Assembly: GCA_051362555.1 (NCBI GenBank)
Contig: CM120642.1
Span: 26,970,001 to 27,034,000, forward strand
Length of the DNA stretch: 64,000 nucleotides
Origin: Lingula anatina
Taxonomy: Eukaryota > Animalia > Brachiopoda
Reading direction: 5' to 3'
Shown here: positions 10,570 through 23,400 of the stretch, in pieces
Position numbering within the stretch: position 1 is the first letter of the stretch
Layout of the letters: every line of letters begins with the position of its first letter
Notes under the pieces: generated by a model
What the model saw: the letters and a program-made list of their open reading frames with translations, nothing else
What the model was told of the DNA's origin: nothing
Database searches by the model: none
Translations under genes and position numbers: made by a program

Positions 10570-11943
10570 GATGGGGAGTGGGGGGCTGACACAGTAACTT
10601 ATTGTGAGCTATAGTAACCTAGCAAGTTTTAGGTCTTAACATTAAAAAAGAATAATAAAGGCCTTTCTGAGTGTGGGCTGAAATTTCTTTTAATGTGCTG
10701 TTGTTACTGGACAATGGTGTGATTAATTACAATAAAAAGATTTCTTTTAAATTAAACCTCTGCAATTAAAGACAGTCTATACTTGAATATTAAAAACCTT
10801 TATAATTCTACAATGTTGTGCAAGGACTTACATATATTTGAAATACTTTCTTGAGCAGCGTGCAGCTACATAAACAGCTAGACAGCCTCTAAGATATATA
10901 CCCGATAGTTTAATTGTAAAACCCTACACATGGATTTATATTATATAGCCTATTGGTCTATATGAAATATGGATTCAACTAATTTTCAAGTGATTATATG
11001 TACTTTGACACATCTGAGAATTAAACTGAATTCAATCTAATAATACAGAACATAGCTATAGAGCTAGGTGATCGTACGATCACAATATATAGTGTAGTAG
11101 TGTGACCTTGTGCGATTGTAGTAAAAGTGGTACGGCACACAGGGGCTGTACAGCATATAGGCTACAGGTACATATACAGGTAGGCCTACATATGTACATA
11201 TTATTTTTGCCGTGAATTCATGTCATCATTTAGCAAATTACATAAATACACATATTTCTCCAACTTCTTTAACCTTTCTCTCAATATTTACAACGATTCG
11301 TTAAAAAACCTTTGACGTGTTTTTTTATTGAAACTACGCGTGGGAATTAAATCCTCTATAAAATCTGCAAGCTTCGAGTGGAAATTCATTGTTTACATCT
11401 ATCAGATATAGGTCAAATGATCACGTGACCCCCTTTCAGACGCTTTTATTGGAAATATAGCACCGGCAAGGTTCGGCAGGTATTTTGATATTTCGACATA
11501 ATACCATCGCGATCATCTATATGTTGGCGAATGTTGATCGTTTTCCGATTTTATTGTGGGCATTCCCTTACTATTTATCTTCGTGCACAGTAAAAATTGT
11601 CTGGCCCTATGATTCTTGTAAGGAAAGATCGAGCTTTCTATAGAAGCCTAGCTTTTCCCCTATCAGGTGAGGGCCACTAGGTCAGTGATTCTACGTGGTA
11701 CTGCATGGTAGCAGACTGCTGCAGTTCAGTTATCTACAATCTAGATTGACAAAAACAAACCGCATGAGCGGCAACCATGCAATAAATAGCTAGAGTAAGC
11801 GATTAAGCAGAAGTCAAAGTTCCTCTTATTTGAGCAGCCGAAGAGGTACAAGTATAGTCTTTTCCACCTTCGCTTCGATGACTGGTAGCGTGCTCGGTGA
11901 GTCTGTTGAGTGACTCGTTATTGTCAGATAACTACGTACCGGT

Positions 11944-12663
11944 ATGAAGCCTTCGGAGTTTCAGATGGGAAAATTGCGGATTCGCCCAATCAGCTCGAAT
12001 TCAGAAGAGTGTCGACTTGTTTGGAAGATGGCCATGAACAATTTGCTCAATGCTATTCGAAGAGGTTTAATGCAGCGCTGCATGACCCAACTACCTGCAA
12101 GCACTTTAGCATTGGGCATGTTTCTAAGTGTACTTTATCTACTCAATGATTATTTAATTTCTCTCATTGCCGCAATCGGACTTTGGGTTGGAGTATGTAT
12201 AGCTAACATGCATATTGGTTTCCATAAGCTTAAGTCGAGTGATATCCTTGAAAGGAATAATATGTATGCGTATTATGACAGACAGGGTTGTCGATTTTGG
12301 GTCGCAGAATACAAAGACAAAATCATCGGTTCTATAGGAATTGCCCGAAAAACCGAAGATATGGCGGAACTTAAAAGAATGGCAGTGGAGCCGGCATACA
12401 GAAGGCTTGGAGTAGGCAAGGCGTTAATACATACAGCTGTGCATTTTTGCAAAAATAACAATTACAAACACATCGTTCTGTATACATCAGAATTTCAAAG
12501 AGGGGCCATAGCACTCTACAGAAAATGTGGTTTTTCAGAAATTGATCGGGTACTCAACAAATCGGGCTATCCCTTGTCTACCCATACTGCCTACTTGTTT
12601 GGAATGCCCTTAACTAAGGAAAAGATCCCATCAAATGCAGCAGACATTCTTTGGTTTAAATGA
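11944..12663 (+). CDS. NAT8/Camello-like GNAT N-acetyltransferase, intronless, 239 aa
   Basis: N-terminal hydrophobic segment (LALGMFLSVLYLL...LIAAIGLWVGVCI), FWVAE...IIGSIGI, ELKRMAV, acetyl-CoA motif A RRLGVGKAL, and LYTSEFQRGAIALYRKCGF. Confidence 0.9.
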   Translation: MKPSEFQMGKLRIRPISSNSEECRLVWKMAMNNLLNAIRRGLMQRCMTQLPASTLALGMFLSVLYLLNDYLISLIAAIGLWVGVCIANMHIGFHKLKSSDILERNNMYAYYDRQGCRFWVAEYKDKIIGSIGIARKTEDMAELKRMAVEPAYRRLGVGKALIHTAVHFCKNNNYKHIVLYTSEFQRGAIALYRKCGFSEIDRVLNKSGYPLSTHTAYLFGMPLTKEKIPSNAADILWFK

Positions 12664-13591
12664 ACTCAAAATATATGATGTACTTTTATTACCAATTATG
12701 GAGACAGAGGCCCTATAGTGGGCCTTCATTGGGACCTTTTATTTATTTATTTTTTAATAATAATTAAGCGTTAGGCCTACAATAGCTAGGCTATTTGGAT
12801 TTTCAGTTAATGTAAGAAAGCTTGTCCGTAGTTTAGAAAAAAAAATCGCTATGCTACTTATTAAAGTTTCATCAATATGAGATGACAGGATAAATGACTC
12901 CCTGATGAAATTGATCCTCAATCCAAATTAAGAGGTTTGCTTGCTACGCTAACCTAGCTCACAAAAATGGGAGATTTAAACAAATCTTATTTTCTTGCAT
13001 CATTTGCCTTTATTGTTCTGGTTTACAAATTGGTAGTGACAGATCTGTAGAAGCAACGTCACATGAATTTTAAATAAACGCAAAAGACTTGCTCAATCAT
13101 GCAGTTAGCACCGAGAGAACGCAGATGCTGCTGAGCTTCAGCTGATCCGAAAGGGACCAGCCTATCTTGGTTGATCCTCGTTTTGATCTCGAGGCTGTGT
13201 AGCAGACCGAAGTGAAAGCGGGAACAAATGCAATGATATTCGTCATAGGTGAGGGTTCAAATGTAGCCATTTATCAGCCAGATGATGTAATTGTAAACTA
13301 GCAATATTGTTCTTAACGTCCCCAGGGAATGTTCTCTCTCTCTCTCTCTCTCTCTTCTCTCCAGCTAAGCTACTAGTTAGTGCATATGATAATATGAATG
13401 TAATTGTCTTTAGTAAAGGTTGCTTACATTGAAATTTAATGATTGCACTACAGTTTTGTACGTTCCACATACTGACATTATTGGTTGATTGAATTCAGGA
13501 ATTGTCTTTTCAGTGGACATCTCTCACTCAAAATTCACAGTAAATTCGTGGGCTTAACATTTTGAAAAAGACCGATCTTCAAAGTTTCATC

Positions 13592-14409
13592 ATGGCGAGC
13601 ATCACAAAGATGAGCATACAGGGCATCCGTAGCTTCGGCCCTGATGATAGTGACCGCCAAGTCATACATTTCTTCACTCCAGTCACTCTCATATTAGGAG
13701 ACAATGGCACAGGAAAAACAGTAAGCTCATCATTTTCCATAGACACATGCAGTCTACTTTTCTGGCAAGTCTGTTGAGTTGCTGCTGATATTGTCTCTTC
13801 TGTCTAATTGAACTACTGTAGGATCACAGTGACGTATTTTAATGCACATGTATCTAAGTAAAATGCTGAAGATTTATGAAATACTTCCATTCTGCTCTTA
13901 AAGATGTACACGTGTATATCAGCAGTCAAGGTCATATAAATATTTATATACACATATATATTTACATACAGTCTACATGTATCATGATCTATTTTCAGAC
14001 CATCATAGAGAGTTTGAAGTACTCAACAACGGGAGAATTCCCACCTGGGGCTGGCAGAGGACAGGCTTTTGTGCATGATCCAAAGGTATTGTTTGTTTGC
14101 CTTTAACCACTACCCTTCCTTAAAGCAAGTGCGTTATCACAAATTTTGTCAGTTAATGCCATCTTTATTTATAGTTTAAGATATGTGTGTGCTTCCAAAA
14201 TATGCCACAATAACTTTCTACATTCAAGATTCTCATTTACCATCCGTTTTTGAAATCGTCCCAAAATCTACATATCCTTCAAAGCTACTCATCTTTGCCA
14301 AGTCAGACCTAAATAATGTTTAAAATAAAAGTTCTTGATATCAGCGTTTTCGTCTGAAATCTATAGGAAGACTTAACAATGTAAGTGACTAGCCAGTCAT
14401 TGATAACTA

Positions 14410-14464
<55 letters not shown>

Positions 14465-17400
14465 AATAAAAATTGTATGCAAGTGCAGGGAAGTGACACC
14501 CTATGACTTGTGATATACTGCTTTATTTACGATACCTTTAAATTGTATTTTTCACACTTCTAACCATTGTCTTCTGCTTTCAGATTGCCAATGAGCCACT
14601 AGTCAGAGGTCAAGTGCGGCTCCAGTTCCAGGATGTTCAAGGCAAGATATGTATCGTCCAGAGAACAATAGAAGCTCAGCAGAAGGTTTGTCATCCTGTG
14701 GTATGGTATGGTATGTTACGGTATGGTATGATGTGGTATGATATGGTTTGGTATGGTATGGCTGGTTAAGGTATGGTATGATATGGTTTGGTATCGTATG
14801 GCTGGTTTTGTAATACAAATAACACTTGTTATAAACAAAATCAGCTGGCTTTACAGTTTATGCTGGTCTTCATGGATTTGTTCGATTCTGTAACAATTTC
14901 ATCTGCATTAAAAAAGTTTTGAAAATTTTTGTTTGGCCTGGCAGTGTTTTCATTCGAGCTGCCAATTCCTATTTTCAATTTTGATGTTAACTATTTTGAC
15001 TTTTCATGATAACACCTTATATTGAACATTCTTTGTGCCTTTTTTTAGGCGAAGCAGATAACATTTCGCCAGCTGGAGGGATTAATTACGAGAAAGCGTG
15101 CTGATGGTTCTAAAGTTAGCACAAGTTCTAAGTGTGTAGAAATAGACAGAGAGGTGAGACAAGACAGTTTTTTTTTCTTCTTTGTGATAAGATCCTACTT
15201 TTTGTGAATGGTCATACATAGACAGTTGAATGATATTTGATTTGAAAAATACAATGTTTATGCTTTATATGTTTATGCTAATAATTTATCTTTTTTTGTT
15301 TTAAATATTTGTTGAATAAGATATGATTTATTTCCTTTTCAAGATGGTCCAGTCCCTAGGGGTGTCCAAGCCTATTCTGCAGAATGTCATCTTCTGTCAC
15401 CAAGAAGACTCCAATTGGTGAGATGTGACAAATAAATATATGAATAAAGTTCTAAAAAAATTCAAGCAACCTAACCAGGTTTTTGATTTTCTTATAACAC
15501 CCTCAGAGTCCAAGGATTCTTTGTATGTGATTAATATTGCCGTGACTTGTAGTGTCTGTTCCTACTGGCTTAAATTATTAAAACTGCTGAATCAGATTTT
15601 ATTTAATGATGATATCAGGTTCTTAACACAATCTTTACTTTTACTTTTTAAGGCCACTTAGTGAAGGTAAAGCCTTAAAGCAAAAGTTTGATGACATCTT
15701 TGCCTCCACCAGATATGTGAAGGCCTTGGACACAATACAGAAGTTTAAGAAGGAGCAGGTAATTTTTTTTAGTATATTGTAAATGTTTTTAAGCTGCTTG
15801 TCTTTATTTAGATATGTAGACAAGTATAACTTCTCTGGGTCATCATAATTGACAACTTGAGACTACATCTGAGATTAGTCCAATTTTTTTAATAACAAAA
15901 GTTGTGAGAATGATATTGCATCATATATAAGCATTATTGACACAATCGTAGTGAATATGCTTTTGTTTGAATTTGCTATCAGTCTTACGTGCTGTATTTT
16001 CATAAAATGTCTCCTTTATAGGTGGTTACCATAAAACAATACCAAACTGAAATCAAGTTCTTAAAACAGAACAAGGAAAAGGCTGCAGAGGTAAAAAAAG
16101 TCAAAAACATTTAAATAACAGTTAAATCTTAAATACTCTGCACTGGGCAAATTTCACTTGAATGATAGACAAGGAGGGAATGAACAGTGCCATGTTTCTG
16201 ACTAATGTGAATTAAGACTCTTGAGATTTCCTTCAGAAATTATTTGAAAAGAACAAAGATAATGCTTTAATTATGCATAGTTCAGAAGTATTTTTTTTTT
16301 TTGTTAAAAAATGCAACATACCTTAAAATATGAAGCTGTTATGATTTTGAAAAAGTCAAAATAGTAAAGGTCACGTAATATGTGTGGTAATTAGTATCTG
16401 AAACTAAATTGAAATATTCAATTTTTGTTTCCAGATTCAACTTAACCTGACGGACACCCTGGCTAGATTTGAAGCTTCCAAAGAATCTGTGGTCAAAATT
16501 AGAGAGAAGTTAAAGCCAATTGAGGTATGCTGTGCTGGACTCGAGCATTAATTCAGTTCAGTCCAATATACTAAAACATTAAAAATATATATTAATAAAG
16601 TGGTGAATCAGCTATGTTTTAGAACATTTTGATTATTTCTTTTACCCAAGGTAAACCATATTGATTTTTTAGCCAAGAAAAGATAGATTATGTTTATCAA
16701 CTGGATAAAGATTTGTATGACAGCAGGAGCCAATTTGTTCTTCTTTTAAATATTTGTTGTGCTGTATATGTAAAATACAGTCAAATATTCAAGTCAGTAA
16801 AAGATTACATTGGAACTGAAACTGCAAACATCTCTTGGTGCAAAATGAGGCAATGACAGAAAGGGGGTTTACACTTAATAAGTTGCCCTTCGTTGTACAA
16901 ATGATGAAAATAGTGTACAATTTCAACTTATTTTGCAAAAATTTCAGGAGCGTTTAGACCACATCAGTTCCAAGAGTGCAGATATTTATAAACTAAATAC
17001 AAAAGTTGGTAGGTTAACTGTATCCTGTTTTATGATAAGTTAACTATTTCAATAGATTAGAAAATAAAAATATAGAAGTACTCCAAATTATCTCAGACAA
17101 AGTTAAGTCTATTTTGCACTAGTAGTTGAACAGCATGAGCATTTTATGATTGGCCTTTTTTGAAAAAAATTACTGAGCTTAAATTTATTCAGACTGATTT
17201 TTCAGCTGAAGATTTTTTGGTGACACAGGACCTAAGTAACACATTTTAGAGTGCAATTACTAATAAAATTGTATTTATTTCCTGTAGAAAAACTTGCCAG
17301 TGAGAAGCACCAGATGGAGAAAAGCTACAAGGAGCTAAGGGAGAGTATAGAGAATGAATTTACTGGTACCACTGAGGCATTGAGGAGAGAATTATCTGAA

Positions 17401-20400
17401 TTTTCCACCAAAGTTAAGAGAAAGCAGGATGAACTGAAAAAGGTAGACTGACTTTGAAATATATATGGTATAACCACATGGGTTTAAGTTATTTTAAAAT
17501 ATCTGTTGGCCATAACATGTTTTTTTTAAATGGATGGATAGGGCATTAGCAACATTCATTATTCAAGTTTTTATGGTAAGATATGGTATTTTACATAACA
17601 AGTCAAATACAAATTTGAATACCTGTGAATGTGTAAGGCAGACCTTTAAGACAAAATAATTGTTTTATTAATCTACTTGTTTATTAAGACTTAAAGTTTA
17701 ATTCTTTTCCAGATTGAAGCTCAGTTGTTGTACAGTGCCAAGGAAATAGAGAAGAAATCTCAGCAGAAGTCCACATTATTGGTGGAGCAGGGGAGATTGG
17801 CACAGGCTGCTGAGGTAATGATTGCCAGTGTACTGGTCACTCTAATTGTTAGACCTCAGAATAATACCAGCTCAGATAGAAAGTAGCCAGCCCAAAGATG
17901 CAATCTTTTGATATTGGAAATTTAATATTGTATATTGGTACAAAATAAAGTAGTTTGTCATTTTCTTCACTTATAGTAAATTTGACACTAGCAAAAAAAA
18001 TAATGAAATAAAATAAAAATAACATTGTCGTAACAACTCAGCTTCTCATTGCTGTGTATTCTGTTTTCATATTTTTAAAATTATTAAATATTGATTGAGG
18101 ATTACCTTCTGTTTGTTTCTTATTAGCGCCAAGAAGACAACATCAGGCAAAGGAATGCTTTGATAAGAAAAATTGCAGATGTTTATGGATTTGAAGGTTA
18201 GTATATTTTTGACATGAAATTTTAGGTAGAGTTAAGGTGAAGTCACTTATACAGCTTTCAAATTGACAAGAGAACATTTTTTGTTTTGTTAAAAGAAAAA
18301 CTAAAAGCTAAGCTATGGTAACCATTTTGCTTTTATTATTGTAGGGTTCTCTGCTGGGTCCATAAATGAAGAAAAGTTAGCAAGATTTCAAGAGTTGATG
18401 TCAGAAAAGTACCAAGAGTATATGGCTGAAGCAAGGGAAATAAAAGTAATTATACAAGTTATATTACATTATATGAATTAAAACTTGCTCCCTGTTTTTT
18501 CAAGGGAATACTTGACCAGTACTGACATTAACTTTCACAAATATCAATCCTATTTTATTTTATATAGAGTTAACCCACTTCTTTTTTTTTTTTTTTTTGG
18601 ACTAAAATATTTTGCAGACCCTGGCCTTACAAATATAATATGCTTATATAACAATTACAAGACAATGATTATAGTAAGCTTTAAAAAGCCATGAACCTTA
18701 TTTTTGAATTAGGTATACAGTTATAGCGCCCATGTGGTAGCTAATTAAGAATAGCAACTCTAGTTGTTGAAATGTTTATGTAAACCAATGCCACTTGTTT
18801 GATTCCTAGGCTCAGTTTGAAGAGCGAGAGATGCAGATACAGCAGAAACTTGATGAACTCAGAGATTCCAAAACTAAAATGGAGCAGAGTGAGCGAATGA
18901 AGAATGATTTGATAGTATGTTGTTCCTTTGTGCCGTAACTGTTTACCAGATGATACGACATTACTGATGTCAGATGAATTCAATATATGCATTATTATAC
19001 TTATTCGTTTTATGTGCATGGAGACTTATGTGTATACTAAAAACAGGACTGAAATTTTTTCCATAAAATGCTGTACCTTTTACATAACGCAAGTTATTTC
19101 TTCTAAAATTTTCATTAGCTACATTTTATTGTGTTAAGGTCGTAAGTGGTGAGGTTGTAAGAGATGATTTTAGGAATTCTGTGTCACTTTTTCAGAGAAA
19201 GAATGAAACTGAAATCTGTTCCATCAGGCAAGAACTTAGCAGGGTGGATGCCTCGGCTGGGAAACTGGAGGGCATTGATACTGACCTGAAAAGAACAGTT
19301 AGTATTTGGACAATAAGACCAGAACAAAGAATTATAAATAGTCTTAAATACAGACACAATCTTTGCAAATACAGGTCAGAGCATTAATTTATAAATTTTT
19401 ATTTTTATAATTTATATTTCTGCTATTTAAATCCACCAGTATGAACAGGATGATGGGTATTATGTCTGTTTACAAACGAAATCGATTGAATAGAAATATT
19501 ATTTTAAAATTTATATTTATTTTCAGGAACATGAGTTGTCAGAGGCTGAAAATGGTGTGAATTTAGATGAACTGAGGTCAGAAATATCTGATCTACAAAG
19601 AAAGAAAACAGAACTGGACAAGCAGCACAGTAACCTTAGGTACTGAACACCAGACAATAACTTAGTAACTACCAACAAACACACACACACACACAGTTTT
19701 GTTTTTTTCTGCTAGATATTTGAACAAGTCAGTGATTTTTTCAAGTTTTTTTTAGATATTTATAGAAAAAATGAAACCATATGGTTAAAACATTAACCTT
19801 TACTCTTTGTTTTGCTATAAAAGTGCAGAGATGAGCCGCATGCACTTACAGTCCAGTGCACAGACTCAGCTAGACATGTTGAGAAAGGAGAAGGTCCAGA
19901 AAGAAGACTTGATAAAGAAGCTGTAAGTTTTCAAATGTTTTTAAAGTGTGCAAAATAAATAACAGTGATATTAACAAAGAGTAGCAGAAGGGGGGGTTCT
20001 TTTAAAAGGTAAGGAATAATTAGTGTACCAGCACTCCCACAAAATGAACTAAAGGAATTACCAAATTTGTTTGGAATGAGGTATTAATTGTGCTTGTTTG
20101 TTAATTTTTAAAAACTATTTTCATTATGTGAATGCCATTTCTAATATCTCATGAAATTCATATAGCATGAAAGTCATTTGATGTGTATTTTCAATGTTAA
20201 ATTTATGAAATAATTGGAATAAATATGATGAACATGATTTCATATTATTATTTTCAGAAAGTCCAAGCATGAAGATGCACTGATACATTTACTGGGTCAT
20301 GTACCTGCAACCAATGTGAAAGGAACAGTGGAACACTTCATTGCGTTAGTAGTGCTTACTAGTCACATCTAACACATTACTTTTTCGGCAAACACTTAAC

Positions 20401-23400
20401 ATGTATAAGAGATCTATTTTGCAAAATGGATTTTAGTTGAAATTTGGTCACACCAAAGGCTGCTATGGATTTAAAGCTGATACATTTAATGAAGGTCTGA
20501 AAGGAAGTTTGCCTTTCTTTTTCTGTATTAAAAGGTGCAAAATGTCTTATAAGTTGCTGAAAAATTCATTTCTTTACACTAGGCAAAATGTTTCAATATT
20601 TTATTCAGATGCAAAACTAGGATACTGATTCTCCTTTTTTTGTATTAAAGGAGAGGACTAAGTATGTTTCAAGACTAAAAAAAGGAATCCAGGTCGTGAA
20701 TACTAAGCATTTATGCAGTTAATTGGTTTCTTATTTGCAGCAAGCAGTCCAATGAAGTGAGTCGCATGAGGAAAATCCTGGATAAGGAAAACAAGGAGAT
20801 GGCGTCCAAGGAAGCTACAAGGAAGATGATAGTGTAAGTTCCTGTTTGTTTAGCTTTTGATAAAGTGTTGTCTTGAACACAGACAAATTATCTTTAAAAA
20901 TGAAGAAAAAAATTATATATATGCTCTTTTTCTTTCTTTCTTTTTCTTTTTCATTTTATTATTATTTCTGGTATTTTTTATTAGATCATTTATTGTTTTG
21001 ATGTTTAAATGCCATAGCTTATACATTGCTGAGTGTTGATAATGTTGTCCCCTTATAAGACAGTATTTGAAGAATAAAAAACTTAAATATTCTTTTATCT
21101 GTCCTATTGAATCATTGTATTTGCTGTAAATGTAAGTCCTCTTTTACAGAACCCAAGTCAAAGAAAAAGAAGATGAACTAAGAGGTAATGACTTGGTTAT
21201 AAAATAACTTCATTTTAAGTGAATGCACCACTGAAATGGTGATCATGTACAGCATAAATGGAAATTTGTATTAAAAAGGAGTAACAAACATTAAAATGTT
21301 AACACTAACAGACTCTCTACATACTATCAGAGCATTATCTGAATCGTTGAAACAAATTTTAATATTTTCTGATATTAATTTTGCTCTTTAGGTCTCTAGC
21401 AATTAAAAAAACAATTCATTCATCATCTTTGCTCTATTTGTAAGTAGGCCAGGTGACTTTTTGTAGCTGTAAATTGGTTTCACGCCATTTACTTAGAGTT
21501 CTGGTTCATTTGATATGGCTACATAGGCAATTCTGCTTATCATACTAATTTATTGTTCACAGGGCATGAAGAGAAAGTGTTTGAGATTGGTGGAAGTCAA
21601 AATTTCGATGAAGGTCTGTCGAATCTGCAGTCAAGGATTTCTGACCTTCAGGAGTGAGTTTTTTAATGCCTCTCTTAGATGTGAAAAAATGATCTTTTTA
21701 TCTAAGTAGAATGCAACACTAAAATATTTTCAGCTTTTTTTTCTTTTTATTTGTCATCTTATAATCTATCTTATTATGCTGCTGTCAACTTCACACATAT
21801 TTAACACTGGTGTTGTATATCTTAAAGGAAATATGATTATTCACAGGAATAAATGTGTGGTCTACCGTTTTGCCATTTTATCAAAGTTTTCTCATTAACT
21901 TCACATGTCTACTCCCATGTATTTCAGTGAGAAAGGAGCTCTTATTGGCTCCAGCCATTTCTTCAACAAGTTCATCAACAAGCTGAGACGCAATGACCCC
22001 CAGTGTCCCCTGTGTCACAGAGGCTTTGATGAGCAGCAGGAGGTGGATGAGTTAATAGAAGAGGTAGGGAGCAAGGTCATCAATTTACAAGGAATCCAAA
22101 TTACAGATTCACTTTTTGGACTCCCGGTACCCCAAATCCTGGGGAAACCTCTGGTGCAGAGTTTTAGGGTGCCTCTGTTGTGGGCTGGGGTTTGAAATCA
22201 CACCACAATAAATTTGGTTTCAAGTTGATATTTTTGGTTTGATATTTTTAGCTGAGGTTCTTTTTTTATTTTTAATCAAATTTAGCATTTATTTATCAAA
22301 ATGGTTAAAGATCATTTGGGCACTGAATTGGTGCAGAGCTATATTATATGTAAATATTAACTTGCATATGATTGCAATATAATGTCTAAATTTGATTTTG
22401 TACTAGCTGTCAGTCTGCTCAAAGATACATCATTGCACAGTAAAACAATTGATTTGTCTAATGCTATCTTACACTCTGAAGATCTTAATTTTTTGAGTGA
22501 TCTTATATTTTTAGCTTCAAAATCTGCTTAGCCTTGTGCCATCCAAAGTGGAGAAAACTGAGGAAGAACTTGGTCAACATCAGCAGCGCTATGATAGCAT
22601 GTTACAACTGAAACCAGTGAGGACCACTGTGAGTGTTTAAATATGATTCTTTTCTTGCTTTATTATTATTATTAGTAGTAGTATAGTTATGCATAATGCA
22701 AATGCTGTGACCTCATTGCTGTGTCTTAACTAAATTATTATCCATTTGTGAAATTATTTTTATAGACTAAATCAAAAAGTGTTTTAGTTTTGTTCAACAT
22801 AGTAGGAAAATTATTTTATTTACAAGTATGTATTTGTCTTAGAGGTTTTGTGGATGTTTCAGAAGTAGTTGGTAGCTGAAACTCAGTGACCAAACTTACA
22901 ACATTTTAATCCATTTTATTTTGGCATTTTGGTGAAGTTATAAGCCAGTAATCAAACTATAAGTTCATCTTAGCTGAAAAAAATGGTTGTTTGTGGCATC
23001 TTAAGGTGGAATTTTCAGGTAGAGTTTCATTGTATTAATGTGCTTTGATCTAAGTAAATTCGGTAATCATAACCTGAATTACTTTTGCTACAGAGGAGTT
23101 AATTGATTTTATATTTATTTCTCTAGATTTCTAAACTGGCAGACCAAGTCATCCCAGACTTGAAAAACAAGCAGAGAGTCCTGTCAGAACAGATAGATAA
23201 ACTGCAGCAATCCATTGCAGAGGTGAATAGTAGAGACATTTATAAGTTAGAAATTGATTGTGTAAAGCTTACATCAGCCATAGATCTCAGAAACCACTTG
23301 TATTGGCTTTTGGTATACATAACATGGTGACCGTTTGCAATGTTTTATGTCAGCAAGGAAATACTGCATACCACAATATAAATACAATATTTTATTTTAT

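Noticed and set aside
12899-13230. CTGATGA and CGAAA motifs suggesting a hammerhead ribozyme
   Set aside because: The required stems I-III could not be formed around the core motifs.
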